A stretch of DNA of 64,000 nt from Octopus sinensis (lineage: Eukaryota), in assembly GCF_006345805.1 (NCBI RefSeq), contig NC_043010.1, forward strand, positions 32,364,001 through 32,428,000, written 5' to 3'. The position numbers were made by a program, and so were the translations under genes. Position 1 is the first letter of the stretch. Each line of letters opens with the position of its first letter. A model generated the notes under the pieces. The model ran no database searches, was not told where the DNA came from, and saw only the letters and a program-made list of their open reading frames with translations. This document shows positions 13,984-27,400 of this stretch, one piece after another.

Positions 13984-15571
13984 TTGTCATTACATATGCT
14001 TGTATGTATAACAACAATACTAGTAATAACAATAATAAATCGAATCGAAAAAAAAAATAATGAATACTTAGATAAACATAATCTTAGTAGTTTCTGCCCC
14101 AGTAGATGTTTAAGAGGTAGACCGCCCACAATTACTTCTATGGCTAGGAAGACACATATAGAAAAATGGCGCAGATGGACCAGAGCCATATGGAGCCCCG
14201 CAAATGTCCATCAGATAAAGAAAATGATCGCACATGCACTAGGAGCTAGTATAAGAGTTACCCTAAAAGGCCACACATTTAAGTTTAATAATAAAATATA
14301 TGCCCAGGACGAGGGGGCAGCCATCGGCGTTAGTATCGCTGGTGATGTGGCCAACCTTTTCATGGTATGGTGGGACAGAAGGCTTAAAGAACACCTAACA
14401 CAGAACTCCATACTCGTAAACATGTACTCTCGCTATGTTGATGATATCAACATAGTGGTAAAGGCACCCCCACAAGAGAGTAATGTTGATATTATAATAG
14501 AAACTAATACTATGGAGAACATCCAGCAAATAGCTAACTCCATCCACCAGAGTATTAAGGTCACAATAGACTACCCCACTAAACACCCCAACCATAGACT
14601 ACCAGTACTAGACACCGAACTCTGGCTAGAAATTGTGAATAATAAAACCCAAATCCTTCATTCATACTATGCCAAACCTATGGCCTCAAAATACTTGATC
14701 CACCGGAACTCAGCCATTGCGGACAATGCCAAATTCAATATTTTGATGGCAGACCTCGTCAGAATAATGAGAAATGTGTCACGCATGTGCGAGCCTACAG
14801 AGTTAAAGAGACACATACAATATTTCATTCACCGCATGCAGTTCTCAGGTTACAGCCATAAAGAAAGGATCAGAGTATACAAAGGAGCCATTAAGAAATT
14901 TAATAATATATTATGTAATGATAGGAATGGGATTTGCCCACTCTATAGGAACAAGTCATGGAACACTATAGAAAGGACAAAAAAGAAAATAGGGAAGGCC
15001 AACTCTTGGTATGATAGCCATAAATACCAGAGTGTCATGTTCGTTGACACCACCCCTGGAGGTGAACTGGCGTACCACTTTAGAAGGACCCTAGACAAAC
15101 TTAAGATAAGAATTAAGGTTGTAGAAAAGCCAGGCAACCCTATCAAATCTATAATTGGTAGAACCTATCCTTTTAGTAGAACCCTCTGTACGGATAAGTA
15201 CTGTACTGTATGTAGATTTAGCCCACAAACAAACTGTAAAGCTAGAAATGTAGTCTATAGTATAAGATGTATAGAGGGACGATGCAGCAACAAGACAACG
15301 ACATACGTAGGGGAAACGGCAAGAAGCATAGTAGAGCGGGTAAATGAGCATTGGAGACAACTCAAGGAAGGTAAAAGCTCATCGATTCTGTACCAACACG
15401 CCGAACAGGAACACGGGGGGGTCAATCAATAACATAGAAATTAAAATATTATCCACACATAGATCAGATGCAACAATTAGACAAATTACCGAAGCTACAC
15501 ACATAATAGAAAATAAACCTAGCCTGAATAGAAAACTAGAATGGAGCACTAACACACACCACAACATATGA
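13984..15571 (+). CDS. PLE reverse transcriptase with C-terminal GIY-YIG endonuclease, 5'-truncated, one frameshift near 15418
   Basis: QDEGAAIGVSIAGDVANLFM (motif B'), SRYVDD (motif C), LPVLDTELW, Cys linker CTDKYCTVC...NC, VVYSIRC..TYVGETAR..ERVNEH. The C-terminus IRQITEA..LNRKLEW is in the shifted frame. True homology starts near 14050. Confidence 0.92.
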
Positions 15572-15652
15572 CGATAGAGGATCCTGAAAACATAATAAAT
15601 ACACAGATAAATAAACTAATAGAAATAAATAACTATATATATATATATATAT

Positions 15653-16660
15653 AGTGCCACCGACACGGGGCCAGGCAGAGCTGGCAAACGGCCATGAGCG
15701 AATGGTGCTTTTACGTAACACCGGCACGGGTGCCAGACGAGGCTGACAGCGGACACGAACAGATGGGTCACTTAACCCCTGCTTTCTGATATATGATTGC
15801 AGGGGTTAAGTGACCCATCTGTTCGTGTCCGCTGTCAGCCTCGTCTGGCACCCGTGCCGGTGTTACGTAAAAGCACCATTCGCTCATGGCCGTTTGCCAG
15901 CTCTGCCTGGCCCCGTGTCGATGGCACGTAAAAGCACCATCCGTTCGTGTTCGTTGCCAGCCTCGCCTGGCCCCGTGCCGGTGACACGTAAAAGCACCGT
16001 CCGTTCGTGGCCATTGGCCAGCTCTGTCTGGCCCCGTGTCGGTGGCACGTAAAAGCACCATCCGTTCGTGGCCGTTTGCCAGCTCTGTCTGGCCCCGTGT
16101 TGGTGGCACGTAAAAGCACCATCCGTCCGTGTCCGTTGCCAGCCTCGGCTGGCCCCCGTGCCGGTGACACGTAAAAGCACCGTCCGCTCGTGGCCGTTTG
16201 CCAGCTCTGTCTGGCAACCGTGTCGGTGGCACGTAAAAGCACCATCCGTTCGCGTACGTTGCCAGCCTCGGCTGGCCCCCATGCCGGTGACACGTAAAAG
16301 CACCGTCTGTTCGTGGCCGGTTGCCAGCTCTGTCTGGCCCCGTGTCGGTGGCACGTAAAAGCACCATCCGTTCGTGTCCGTTGCCAGCATCGCCTGGCCC
16401 CGTGCCGGTGACACGTAAAAGCACCATCCGTTCGTGGCCGTTCGCCAGCTCTGTCTGGCACCTGTGCAGGTGGCACGTAAAAAACACCCACTACACTCGC
16501 GGAGTGGTTGGCATTAGGAAGGGCATCCAGCCGTAGAAACACTGCCAGATCTGACTGGGCCTGACGAAGCCTTCCAGCTTCACAGACCCCAGTTGACCCG
16601 TCCAACCCATGCTAGCATGGAAAACGGACGCTAAACGATGTTGATGATGATGATGATGAT
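15653..16660 (+). mobile_element. RTE-type 3' end with amplified ~61-bp array and 130-bp 5' fold-back
   Basis: Tail 16480-16660 matches the RTE end at 9410-9584. 11 copies of ACGTAAAA(G/A). 15653-15782 pairs with 15799-15928. Confidence 0.85.
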
Positions 16661-16998
16661 ATATATTTTTTTTATAAATTTTTTTTTTTTGATTCGATTT
16701 ATTATTGTTATTACTAGTATTGTTGTTATACATACAAGCATATGTAATGATAATAATAAGTGGATGTAAACACATGAACAAAATAAGAATAAACAAAAAC
16801 AACAAAAACAAAATACAAATTACATGTACATATATAAACAGAAGATACAAATATTACAGGCATCCCCCCACATACACACACTAAATAAACATAAACGCAC
16901 ATAGAGATATAAGCATGCGCAAATGAAGACATACAATAGAAATACAAAATGGCTGACGGTTAGTAAGGAGAGACACAAATAAGAAAGAAGAAAACAAA

Positions 16999-17043
16999 GG
17001 ACCACTGATGCGGTCACAGGAGTGTAACGAAAGAACTCTCGCC
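16999..17043 (+). ncRNA. Variant minimal hammerhead-like motif in the PLE terminal repeat
   Basis: CCA-CTGATGCG-GTCACA ggag TGT(G/A)AC-GAAA-GAAC-TC-T(G/C)G. Other copies at 13694-13738 (minus) and a partial one at 58581-58601 (minus). Confidence 0.5.
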
Positions 17044-18001
17044 AAAATAAGATTAAGATTAATGTAAAAAATAAATAACACTGAAGCAAAATAACACCAA
17101 ATATATAACACCAAATATGCGTGTGTTTTTATTGGCTAAACTGGCAAAATGACCATTCCGAAATATAACAATATCTGTTTCAACACACGACTTCACATAA
17201 AAAATCTTGCACAACAAATATTTAAACGTATATATATATATATATATATATACATGGAAAGAGAGAGATAGAAAGAAGTGATCGTGTATTCAAATGCTGA
17301 TTTTTGTCCTATGAATGAGGAAAAGAAAACACAATACATATTGCAAGTATATCTAAGTTGTCAAATTATACATAAAAACTTTTAATGGCTTGTGCTGTGT
17401 ATTGTTTTAATGGTTGTTTGGTTTTTAGTGGATAGTTTTATGGTAGAAATATATACCTCACTATGTACATCTGGAATTTAAAAGAAAATAACTTAACACA
17501 AACAGAAAATGGGATGTAGAAGATGATACACCTCATAGGTAGATACCAACCTGACCTTAAAACATATTAATCAGTGAAGACATGAGCATTCCAATGCCAT
17601 GACACTAACTGCATTAATATTAGCAAGGTGCTAATTGAAACCAGACAAGCAAGAGTTTTATAAAAGTGAATATGATATGCATTTTCCATGAATGCAAATA
17701 AGCTTTAAACAGAAAAAAATAGAAGCATTCAATAAAAGGAGGAAAAACCTGAGCATTCCCCTTACAAAATGATGTAAGAAATTATGAAAAACCAATCAGA
17801 CATAGGACCATAATAAACAGCCAACCTAATCAAAGACAAAGAAAAGGATCAAGATCAGACTGTTGTATATCAAAGAACAGACATACCAGAATTAGGGCAA
17901 TTCTAGCATGATAATGACATTAGCATGAAACTCACAAAAAAGGATTTTAGTTTAAATATACCAAACATACATACATGCATACATATGTGTGTGTGAGTCT
18001 G

Positions 18002-18044
<43 letters not shown>

Positions 18045-18699
18045 TGTTGTTCCGTTTCTAATGCAATAGAATGTATTTGCAAGTCACTGAGCAAATGAAT
18101 GCATTTTTTATACTACTCATGTAGTACTCATCAAAATATAGGTTTCGTTTCTGTCTCCCTAAATCTTAATCTTTCTATTTCAAATCTTGTTCCATTCTTT
18201 TATTTTGTTTTCTTTCAGTTGTTTTTATTATTCCTGCCTCAAGCCTTGTGTCTGTTTCTTCTCGTATTTCTCCAGTCTTTTGTAGATCTCTGTATTTCCT
18301 CCTTCCACCTCTCTTACTCTTGTTGTCACTCATTCTGCTTTTCATTTCTCTTTCCTTTTATTATACTTTCTGTTCACCTGATTGTTTACCTCACCTTGTT
18401 GCTGACTACTATCTATTTATATCTCCCTCCCACTCTGTCAATTTGTCATCTATCCACATCTCTTTATAATTTTCTCTTTTTCTCTCTCCCACCTCTCTCA
18501 CAACAAACACTGATTTCTCTTTTCCACAAACATGCATGTCAGAAATAGGAAAATCAGAAACCCAAAATGGGACATGTGAATTGGGATTATTTAAAAGTGA
18601 TTAATAAAACAATCACAAGCATTCAAGAAACATTTATTTGAAGGAAAATAAAAAATATGTTTATCATTCTACTGTTTCTTATACTTGGCTTTTGTTTGT

Positions 18700-20150
18700 A
18701 GTTCTTATTTTACTGATGATATTTTCAGTTAAAGATATCAATTCTGTTTTGTATCATTGGTTGAAAATCAGAACCTTATTTCTCTTTAAAATTACAAACA
18801 GTATTTCCAATTAGGATAATTCTAATGATTCTTCACATTGTAGGCCATCTTCAAGAATTTTGCAGTAATCAGTGAGTCTGATTCATCAACATTAGGTTCA
18901 CTTTTGCTATTTTGAATTATGGTTATAATGTGAACTAAATCTTCTTTAATCAACTCTTGTATTGCTAACAATTCCTCATTTTATTTGATAAAACCATCTA
19001 ATTCTTCACTCCCTTATGAACAAACTATTAATTATGTCTGAGTGTAGATTATTTCTTGTATCAGAATCATTAGTAGTCAAAGTAAAATGGCATTTGTACA
19101 TGCATTTAAGGTGGTTTTATGAATTTCATGAATCGCTATTGCAATTATTATCAATCAGTGCATTACACCGAATTTGTTCTGTACTTTTGGAACATTAAGG
19201 TTTCTTCTTCCACAAGATCCAGCATCTTTTTTTTATATGAATGTTTAAATTTGTCTTAAAATTAAAAATTATATCTTGATCTCGTGTTTCAGTTAGTGGT
19301 ATCAAAATAGATGCTAAAAGAAGAACATTAATGTTAGAGTATGCTAACTAACTGAGATGTGACAGAGCATTATCAATTAGTAATAAAATTTTGAAGTTAA
19401 AATTTTCTATACATTTCAGCTTCAGAAGCAAAATTTTGATCAAAATAGTTTTTTAATGCTACAACTATACCAATAAACTGTTTTGATTTTTATATTGCAT
19501 CTCCTATTTGCAGAGTCCTGATAATTAATGAAAGAGTTAGCATAACTCATAATAATAATGTTATTCAATCTTTAGAGGTTTTGAATCTGTTGTTTTTTTC
19601 AGATTTTGATATATATATTCTCGTTGCCATTTTTTTTTTTCTAGAACAAACAGGTTACATTGGCATTAAACATTTGTTTTTAAGAATAGAAACCATCTTC
19701 ATTTATTTTAGCTAATTGTGGTACAAACTCTTCAGCAGATTTATTATTGTTTCTTTCACTTTTAGTGCACTTTCTTATTATGTAGAAAGGTTACAACTAA
19801 AAATTTTCAATGCTTTCTACTCAAAATCTAGTTTGTAATTGATAAGTATATTAATTTGGCATGCTGACTTGGCAAAAAATTATTCCAGTTTCTTTGTTAT
19901 AGAGTAAAACTATTAGTAATCATTTTGGATATTATCTTCTGTCTAAAATAAGACTTTTCCTATTACTACATATTAAGATGCGTATCTTCTTTATTTCTTC
20001 TCATTTTTTAGCACTTACTCTAACTAACCCTATCCATTTTGAAGTTAATTTATTATTCTAATTAACATTTCTAGAAAAGAAAAACAACTGTCTTACATGA
20101 CTTTAGTTTGCCATTTCAAACTATTACTGCAACTCAAAAATTTTGAAAGA
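18700..20150 (-). mobile_element. Decayed pogo/Tigger-like DDE transposase
   Basis: Minus-strand remnants FKILLLIDNALSH (cf. KILLLLDNAPGH) and ETGIIF (cf. DETGLFW). Many stops. Confidence 0.55.
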
Positions 20151-20829
20151 AAAGAAATATTTAAAAAATGGTATATTGACACTCAACAATGACAAAATGA
20201 TATATCCATGCAGTAGTTTTCATACAGTGGGACCTCATGTATGTAATATATTAGAGATGCTGATTTTGAATAGCCTCACAATATTGCTGAAGGCAAGTAT
20301 AATAGGTGAGCATTCTACATACTAATAATACACATACAGTAGTGTCACATTTATATCGCATGGACATTTTTTCTCCTTATATTTGATGAATGCTTCATCC
20401 TAATCATTCTGATTTAGTTTTATCCTTGCATGTATGCGGATATCCTTCAGCATAGGACTTTATAAAATATGAAATGGATCAAAAAGTGAAATGATAGTGA
20501 AACATCTATACATGATTGAATTTAAGTAACAAAAGCTTGTACAACACTTTTGCCACTCTGTTGGTCACCATAGTAGGTTCCAGGGATATGCGTTACAAAA
20601 TGACCACTACTATTTTGACTGCAAGTCTTATGTCAGAGTATTTTTTTTCCCAGAAGAGTTGCCTTCCCTATAGCTTTGTTTAAAATAATGGGAGCCTTCT
20701 CTACCCTTGTGAAATCTGTTTAGCCCATTGATGGGACACTAACAGGTACTACTGTTCCAGGTTAGAACAGGTCTAGGAGTAATGGTAATTAAGGGTTGAT
20801 GCTGTGTCCCTCACAACTCCAGAACTCCC

Positions 20830-21040
20830 AAACTGAAGCTGTGATGACGTTATCACTTTCACAATGGTCTTGGAGGAAGAGGTTTAAACAAGCTGTATAT
20901 ATTTTATACATTAAATTCTGGCATGCAATTGGCCAGTATGTTTTTGCCATGTTGGTAGTTCTGCATTTGGCGTTGAGTTTTCTCTCTGCCAGAGCTAAGC
21001 AGTATGGTATGCTATTGTTCTTATTGAGAGCTTGCTGGTT
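20830..21040 (-). mobile_element. LINE RT fragment, R4/Dong-like
   Basis: YWPIACQNLMYKIYTACLNLFLQDHCESDNVIT resembles the YRPIxCLxxxYK RT motif. Clade is tentative. Confidence 0.6.
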
Positions 21041-21896
21041 GGTACAGGTTGATAAGATATATGTATGTATGTCATTACTCAGTTTTATTTCAAGATTTCT
21101 TGTCAATAGGGAAAGAGTAGGTTTCTAACCAAGCTTCAAGGCTCCTTCATTGGAATTTCAACATCAACAACAGGATATTTTTGTATGAATGTATGTATGC
21201 ACACATGTGTGTGTGTGTGTGTATTCATTCATTCATTCATTCATTCATTCATTGCTCAGGCATAGGCGTGTGGTTAAGAAGTTTGCTTCCAAGCACACAG
21301 TTTCAGATTTAAATTGTTCCTCCTGATCTGTATATTAATTTGTATATATTTATTTGTTTATTCCAAAATCCCACCCAGTCTCATGTAGCTTCATTGTATT
21401 CTCATCCAAAATGTAAATGAGCACCAGACACACACTGAGGAATTTATGGGCCAGGTTCTGGTGCTGCCTTGAGGGCAGCTACTTTGAGTAAGCTGCTATC
21501 TCCCAGCCATAATCTAGTTGATATTTTTTTGAGTTTTTAAAATACTTTTAATTTTGAATGGATTATTGCATTTCCTTTTCTGTTTATGCAAACTGTCAAA
21601 TTTAACCCAAACACCTTGTGTATGAATATATCTGTATGTATGTGTGTTTATGTGTGAATGTGTACTGTCTACTTGTCTTGACATTGCATGATAGTTGCAA
21701 ACAACCATCACCATACAAGTGGTCTGTTTGTTTGCAATCCTTTGTGAAAACCTGTCTGACCACAGGAAAATATTTCCTTGCTTGAAAATAAGAGTTGGCA
21801 AATGGGTGGGTATCCGCCCACAGAAAATCTAGTTCAACAGATTCCATCTGACACATGCCTGCATGGAAAAGTGAACATTAAAATGATGATCATTTA

Positions 21897-21934
<38 letters not shown>

Positions 21935-22815
21935 TGTGTGTGTGTGTATTGATTTCACTCTTGCCAGTTGAGTAGATTATACTTGACTGAAGAAGTCTTA
22001 TTAGACTGAAATGTATCTGTTACAGTCTGCTATCTATATCAGGTGCAACAATTATGCGCACATTACATCAGCAATCAAATAATTCACATTAAAAAAGCAA
22101 TACACATTTGACCAAAACTAAAACAATGTTCAAGTGAAACCAAGCAAACTGAATACCATACAAAGAAAAGATACACCACTATTTTCTTTATTTTCAAACA
22201 TTTCAAGTATCTGATTTTATTAAAGCTGCCTTTCTTGTTTGTTGTTTTCAGATATAGTTTTAAGACTTCAAGTGTGCAAAAGAGTGACTTGATAAACTTT
22301 GATTAGATTATCCATGCATTCAGTTGATACAAAGGCCATAGGGACTATTTGTTTACTAATTACAAGATTAATTTAGTCAAATATTTTTGTCTCTCTGTGT
22401 TACACTTACAAGGTTATACATGTACTTATGTGTATTTAGCATCAAAATAGCTTCACTGAGGTGTATTTTCACAGCCTTTTGTTATACTTTTACAACACAA
22501 ATCAGACTAGAGTCTAGGCTAGCCAAAACAGCACAAGTCTCATAGAATTTATCAATGTTTATGTCAAATCATAAAACATTTCACAAATTATATTTTACTT
22601 GAATGAACAAGAAGCAATAACGGCTGAGAATCAACCAAAATTGGCTGATACATTTATAGGATGTTTATTTCTGAAATCACTTTGAAAACACCATCACATA
22701 GCTCAAAATCATTTAAAAAATAAACATTATATAAATGTATCAAGCAAATGTTTGATTCTCGGCAGTTATTGCCTCTTGTTCATTGAAGCAAAATTTAATT
22801 TGTAAAATGCTTTAC

Positions 22816-22929
22816 CATTTGACATGTAAGCTTTGATGTATTTCTCTCAGACTTAAGTGACATGTAGCCAAAGTCTGAGTTCCTAATAAAATATCTCTAT
22901 CAGATGCAACAGTTGTGCATGGATTGCGG
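22816..22929 (-). CDS. Putative exon (RNPCTTVASDRDILLGTQTLATCHLSLREIHQSLHVK)
   Basis: Acceptor tactttacag|C and donor ATG|gtaaag. 114 nt, open, phase 2 to 2. Confidence 0.45.
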
Positions 22930-23027
22930 CTGTAAAGTAATCATATATTTCACATTAGAAAAGCAAAACAAGTTTGACCAAAACCAAAGCAATGATCAAG
23001 TGAAACCATATTGAGTACCATGTAAAC

Positions 23028-23070
<43 letters not shown>

Positions 23071-24199
23071 GTGTGTGTATGCAGATGTATATATGTGTGT
23101 ATGCATATATATGTGTGTGTGTATGTGTGAGCGTGTTTATTTGAAATCATGCACACAGACAACCAAAAGGTCAAAAGCTTAAAAAACACCTAAAAACACA
23201 TACCTAGAATATGAGAAATATTTTTACATTGAAGAAGAAGAAGAGGAGGGGAGAAGAAATTGGTGAAATAGGAAAAGGAATAGAATCAGAAATAAAAGAG
23301 AAAAGAAAGAAGAAATGGATAAGAAGGGTTAAGGTAAGAAGACAGAAAAGAAAAGGAAGAAGGTGAAGAAATGGAAGATGGAAAGGGAGGAGGAGGAGAT
23401 TATATATGGTGGTAAAGCTAAGTGAGTTGAAGTGGTATTGAAGTGGCATGGAGTTAGAGAGGCAAAATTCACTAAAATATTTTTGACAATACAAATTGAG
23501 CTGAAATCAGCCATAAGTGGATCTAATGCATGGAAACTAGAAAAATGTATTTTATGGCCTGGATGGCACCTACCTACAAGCAAACCATGAAACCAGATGC
23601 CTTAATGATGACTGCTTCTCATTCTCAATCAAGGCACATATACATATAAAGATACTCACAAATAGATAATCATATATATACAAACGTATACATACACATG
23701 TACATGTATGAATGCACAAACACAAACATACACACATATATATTAACATATGCATGTGCAAGCATGAACACTATCATCCAGACACATGGTGAATCCTGCA
23801 CATCTTCCATACCACCAAAGTAGCATTATACATATATAGATAATAACACAGTTGTTACACATATTTGTGTATAACTTGGTATTAAAATGCAGCTTGCCTT
23901 CTGTTAACTTTTAAACACCCATGCATTTCACAAGTCTCCCACTGACAATCCAGTCAAGTATCCAAGACATGACAATTTGTGGGAAAATAGGTTCCCCCCC
24001 CAGAACTGATGCTGTATTTTATCTACCACAGAAAAAAAAAACTTAGCCTTTGCATGATTTGAACTTAGACTATGAAGAACTAGTTATTGGTTTGTGACCA
24101 TATTTGGTCCTGTTTTGTAGGGTTTTAGTCAGACAAATCAAACCCAGTTTTTATTTTAAAATCAGGTACTTATTCTATTGGTTACTTTTGCCACACTGC

Positions 24200-26071
24200 T
24201 AAGTTATGAGGATGTACAAAAATCAGCACTGGTTGTCAAACAGTGAGGCAGACAAATACACACATATGCATAACATTGTAGGACTTTATTTCTTAGATGC
24301 TCCAGGAGGTACTGGGAAAACATTTGTAATTAAACTCCTCCTGGCTAAGGTTCATCAAGAAAAGAAAATAGCTTTAGCTACTGCTACTTCTGGGATTACA
24401 GCAACATTACTACCCAGAGGTTGGACAGCCCATTCGACATTCAAGCTATCTTTACATTTATCTAACAGAGAAGATCCAGTTTGTAATATATCTAAAAATT
24501 CTGCAATGGGTGAACTAATACAAAGGTGTCACTTAACTGTCTGGGATGAATGTACCATGGCCCACTAAAAGGCTTTTGAAGCTGTGGACAGAACAGTATG
24601 AGACATTAAAAATTTTAATTCCATGATGTCATAGTATTATTGTCAGGAGACTTCTGACAAACACTATCTGTTGTTCCAAGAGGAACAAAAGTGGATGAGC
24701 TCAATGCTTCAATAAAGTCTTTTGTATTATGGCACCATGTGAAAACACTTCAACTTTTGACAAATATGTGACTGAGGCTATCAAGAGATTAATCAGTTGA
24801 ACTATTTGCAGAGCAGCTTTTGAAACTCGGTGAAAGGGGAGTTGCAATTGTTGAAGATCAGTTTCTTACACTCAATCCAATATGTAATTCAGCTGATTCT
24901 GTTGATGATTTGGTGGCTGAAATCTTTCTGAATCGTCTTTATAGTTACAACAATACAGATTGGATCTGTGAGCGAGCTATCCTGGCTCCAAAAAACGTTG
25001 CTGTAAATCGCATTAATAATATGCTATTGACAGGGTTGTTGATGATCAGGATATTGTTAACTAGCCCATCGAATTTTTGAACTCACTAGAACCACCAGGT
25101 ACAGCTCCTCATTGTCTTCAGCTGAAAAAAGGGGCTCCTATTATGCTATTGTGTAATTTGTCTCAACCAAAATTATAAAATGGTACAAGACTAATTGTGC
25201 ACAAGCTTATGAGGAACTGCATTGAGGCAAATATTCTCACTGGTTATGGTAAAGGTGAGACCGTCTTCATTCCTCGCATACCAGTTATACCATCTAATGT
25301 CCAATTCCAATTTAAGCAGTTACAGTTTCCCATCCAAGTTTCTTTTGCCATGAGCATTAATAAAAGTCAGCCAAACACTAAAAGTTGCTGGATTGCAACT
25401 TGAACAACCATTTTTTTCACAAGGCCAACTTAAGTAGAGGCATCATGTGTGGGAGCAAAAGTAAATCATTTTGCTTATGCACCCTGAAATAAAGCAAAAA
25501 ACATTGTTTATAAAGAAATATTCACTCTTGATGCAACATGAATACTTCAATGACTTAATTTGCCATTACTATCATTATATTCAAGAATGAGTAAATTACC
25601 TATTTAAATGAACTGTATTATATAATTGCCATTAGTGTATTGATAAATAAAATAACACATACAACTCACTTATTATTGTCATACAATAAACAAACAGAAG
25701 TTCAGATATGAAATTGATTTTTTTTCTACTTCAGTTATTAAATGTTTTTCTCTTATAAAATATGGCGAACTGGTAGAAACGTTAGCATGCCGGGCGAAAT
25801 GCGTAGCTGTATTTCATCTGCCGTTACGTTCTGGGTTCAAATTCCACCAAGGTCGACTTTGCCTTTCATCCTTTCGGGGTTGATAAATTAAGTACCAGAT
25901 ACGCACTGGGGTCGATGTAATCGACTTAATCCGTTTGTCTGTCCTTGTTTGTCCCCTCTGTGTTTAGCCCCTTGTGTATAGTAAAGAAATATATATTACT
26001 CTCTACTTTGAATGTGACTCCTAAGAAAGAGTAAAAGTAATTACCCAATCAATGACAGGTATTGCTGCTAG
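24200..26071 (+). mobile_element. Helitron 3' part: decayed PIF1-like helicase and terminal CTAG
   Basis: FLDAPGGTGKTF, ATSGITATLL, WDECTM, RAILAPKN, IPRIP and QFPIQVSFAMSINKSQ. End GGTATTGCTGCTAG|T at 26071. Confidence 0.85.
25764..25990 (+). mobile_element. tRNA-derived SINE, family B, inside the Helitron 3' region
   Basis: GGCGAACTGGTAGAAACGTTAGC head, GGGTTCAAATTCC box B, GCCTTTCATCCTTTCGGGG central domain. Confidence 0.9.
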
Positions 26072-26408
26072 TGTTAAATAAAGTAAAATCATCTCTTGTC
26101 CCACTTTTATATTACTTTATAAGTAATATCAAATAACAGTAGACAGAAAAGCACTCTCAGTAAACAACATACTATAGTTTCATAAAGATTGCCTGACATA
26201 TTGTTTGTGATGTTTTATGATCTTTGACAACAAAGGGCTTCTTGCCACATGTAAATTTCAGGCCTGCCAGTGAAAACCATTTACAAACTCAGTATGTGTG
26301 CAAATGTAAACATTTTCTCATAATACATGTGTGTGTGTGTGTGTTTCTGTGAGTGTATATATACACATATACACATGTATGTATTTATGTATAAATGTAT
26401 GTATATGC

Positions 26409-26460
<52 letters not shown>

Positions 26461-26969
26461 TCATATGTATGTATATGTGTATATATTTATATATATATAT
26501 ATATATATATGTTGAGTGTATGTGCATATACACATGTATGGGTGTGTATACATACATATATCAGTTGATATATTGTGTGTACTTTTGCATATACAGATGA
26601 TTTATAATTCAAGATATAATTATCTTTTAATATATAGACATATATCTCCATATACATACATATGTATGTGCACATGCACTCACACATACACACACACATA
26701 ATATTTTTGTGTGTGCATATATATATATATATTACGTAAATAGGTAGGCAGGTAGGTAGGATAAAATCCTCTTGAAGCACATTGTCTTATTTCATTATTA
26801 CAACCCAGTATGTAGTTGCTAACAGGAAACTCCTTACATGTTTTTCTAATATGTAAAACTGTGATTCCTATTAGTGAATGAAACATGTGTAATGGGGAAT
26901 AAATACTAGCAAAAGATTTTTCAAACTTCTTGTTTTGTTTTATATATATATATATATAATATATATATC

Positions 26970-27400
26970 ATACATAGCCAAAGATAAACCTCTGTACTTG
27001 GCTTTTGTTGGCTTGGAGAAAGCCTTTGACGAGGTACCCTGGTCCCTTATCTGGTGGTCAATGTAGAAACTAGTGATAGATAAGTGGTTGGTGAGAGCTG
27101 TACAAGCCATTACAGGGATGCTACCAGTAAGATGAGGGTTGACAATGAGTACAGTGAAAAATTCTGGGTACACACAGGGGTTCACCAAGGATCGGTCCTC
27201 AGTCCCCTTGTTCATCAAAGTCCTCCAGGCAATAACAGGGTAATTTAAAACAGGCTACCCCTGGGAGCTCTTCTGTGCTGATGACCTAGTTCTTATAGCT
27301 GAATCATTATCAGAACTAGAGAAGTATCAGGTATGGAAGCAAAGTCTAGAATTGTGTAGCAAAAACCAAAGTGTAGCAAAAACCAAAGTAAGTAGGAAGA
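26970..27400 (+). mobile_element. RTE RT fragment
   Basis: LAFVGLEKAFDEV, VHQGSVLSP and CADDLVL. Homologous to 7807-8180. Confidence 0.8.

Larger units (their letters stand above)
13573..17173 (+). mobile_element. Penelope-like element bounded by ~490-bp inverted repeats
   Basis: 13573-14057 is the reverse complement of ~16680-17173. They enclose an RT + GIY-YIG ORF and a secondary RTE-tail insertion. Confidence 0.85.

Noticed and set aside
13648-14011. Hydrophobic ORF pair duplicated at 16726-17114
   Set aside because: This is the T-rich strand of the PLE terminal repeat, with no protein family signal.
15830-16490. Regular ~61-bp repeats suggestive of a CRISPR array, and the long ORFs across them
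   Set aside because: No unique spacers and no cas genes. The units match the RTE 3' UTR repeat, and the ORFs are by-products of a GC-rich tandem repeat.
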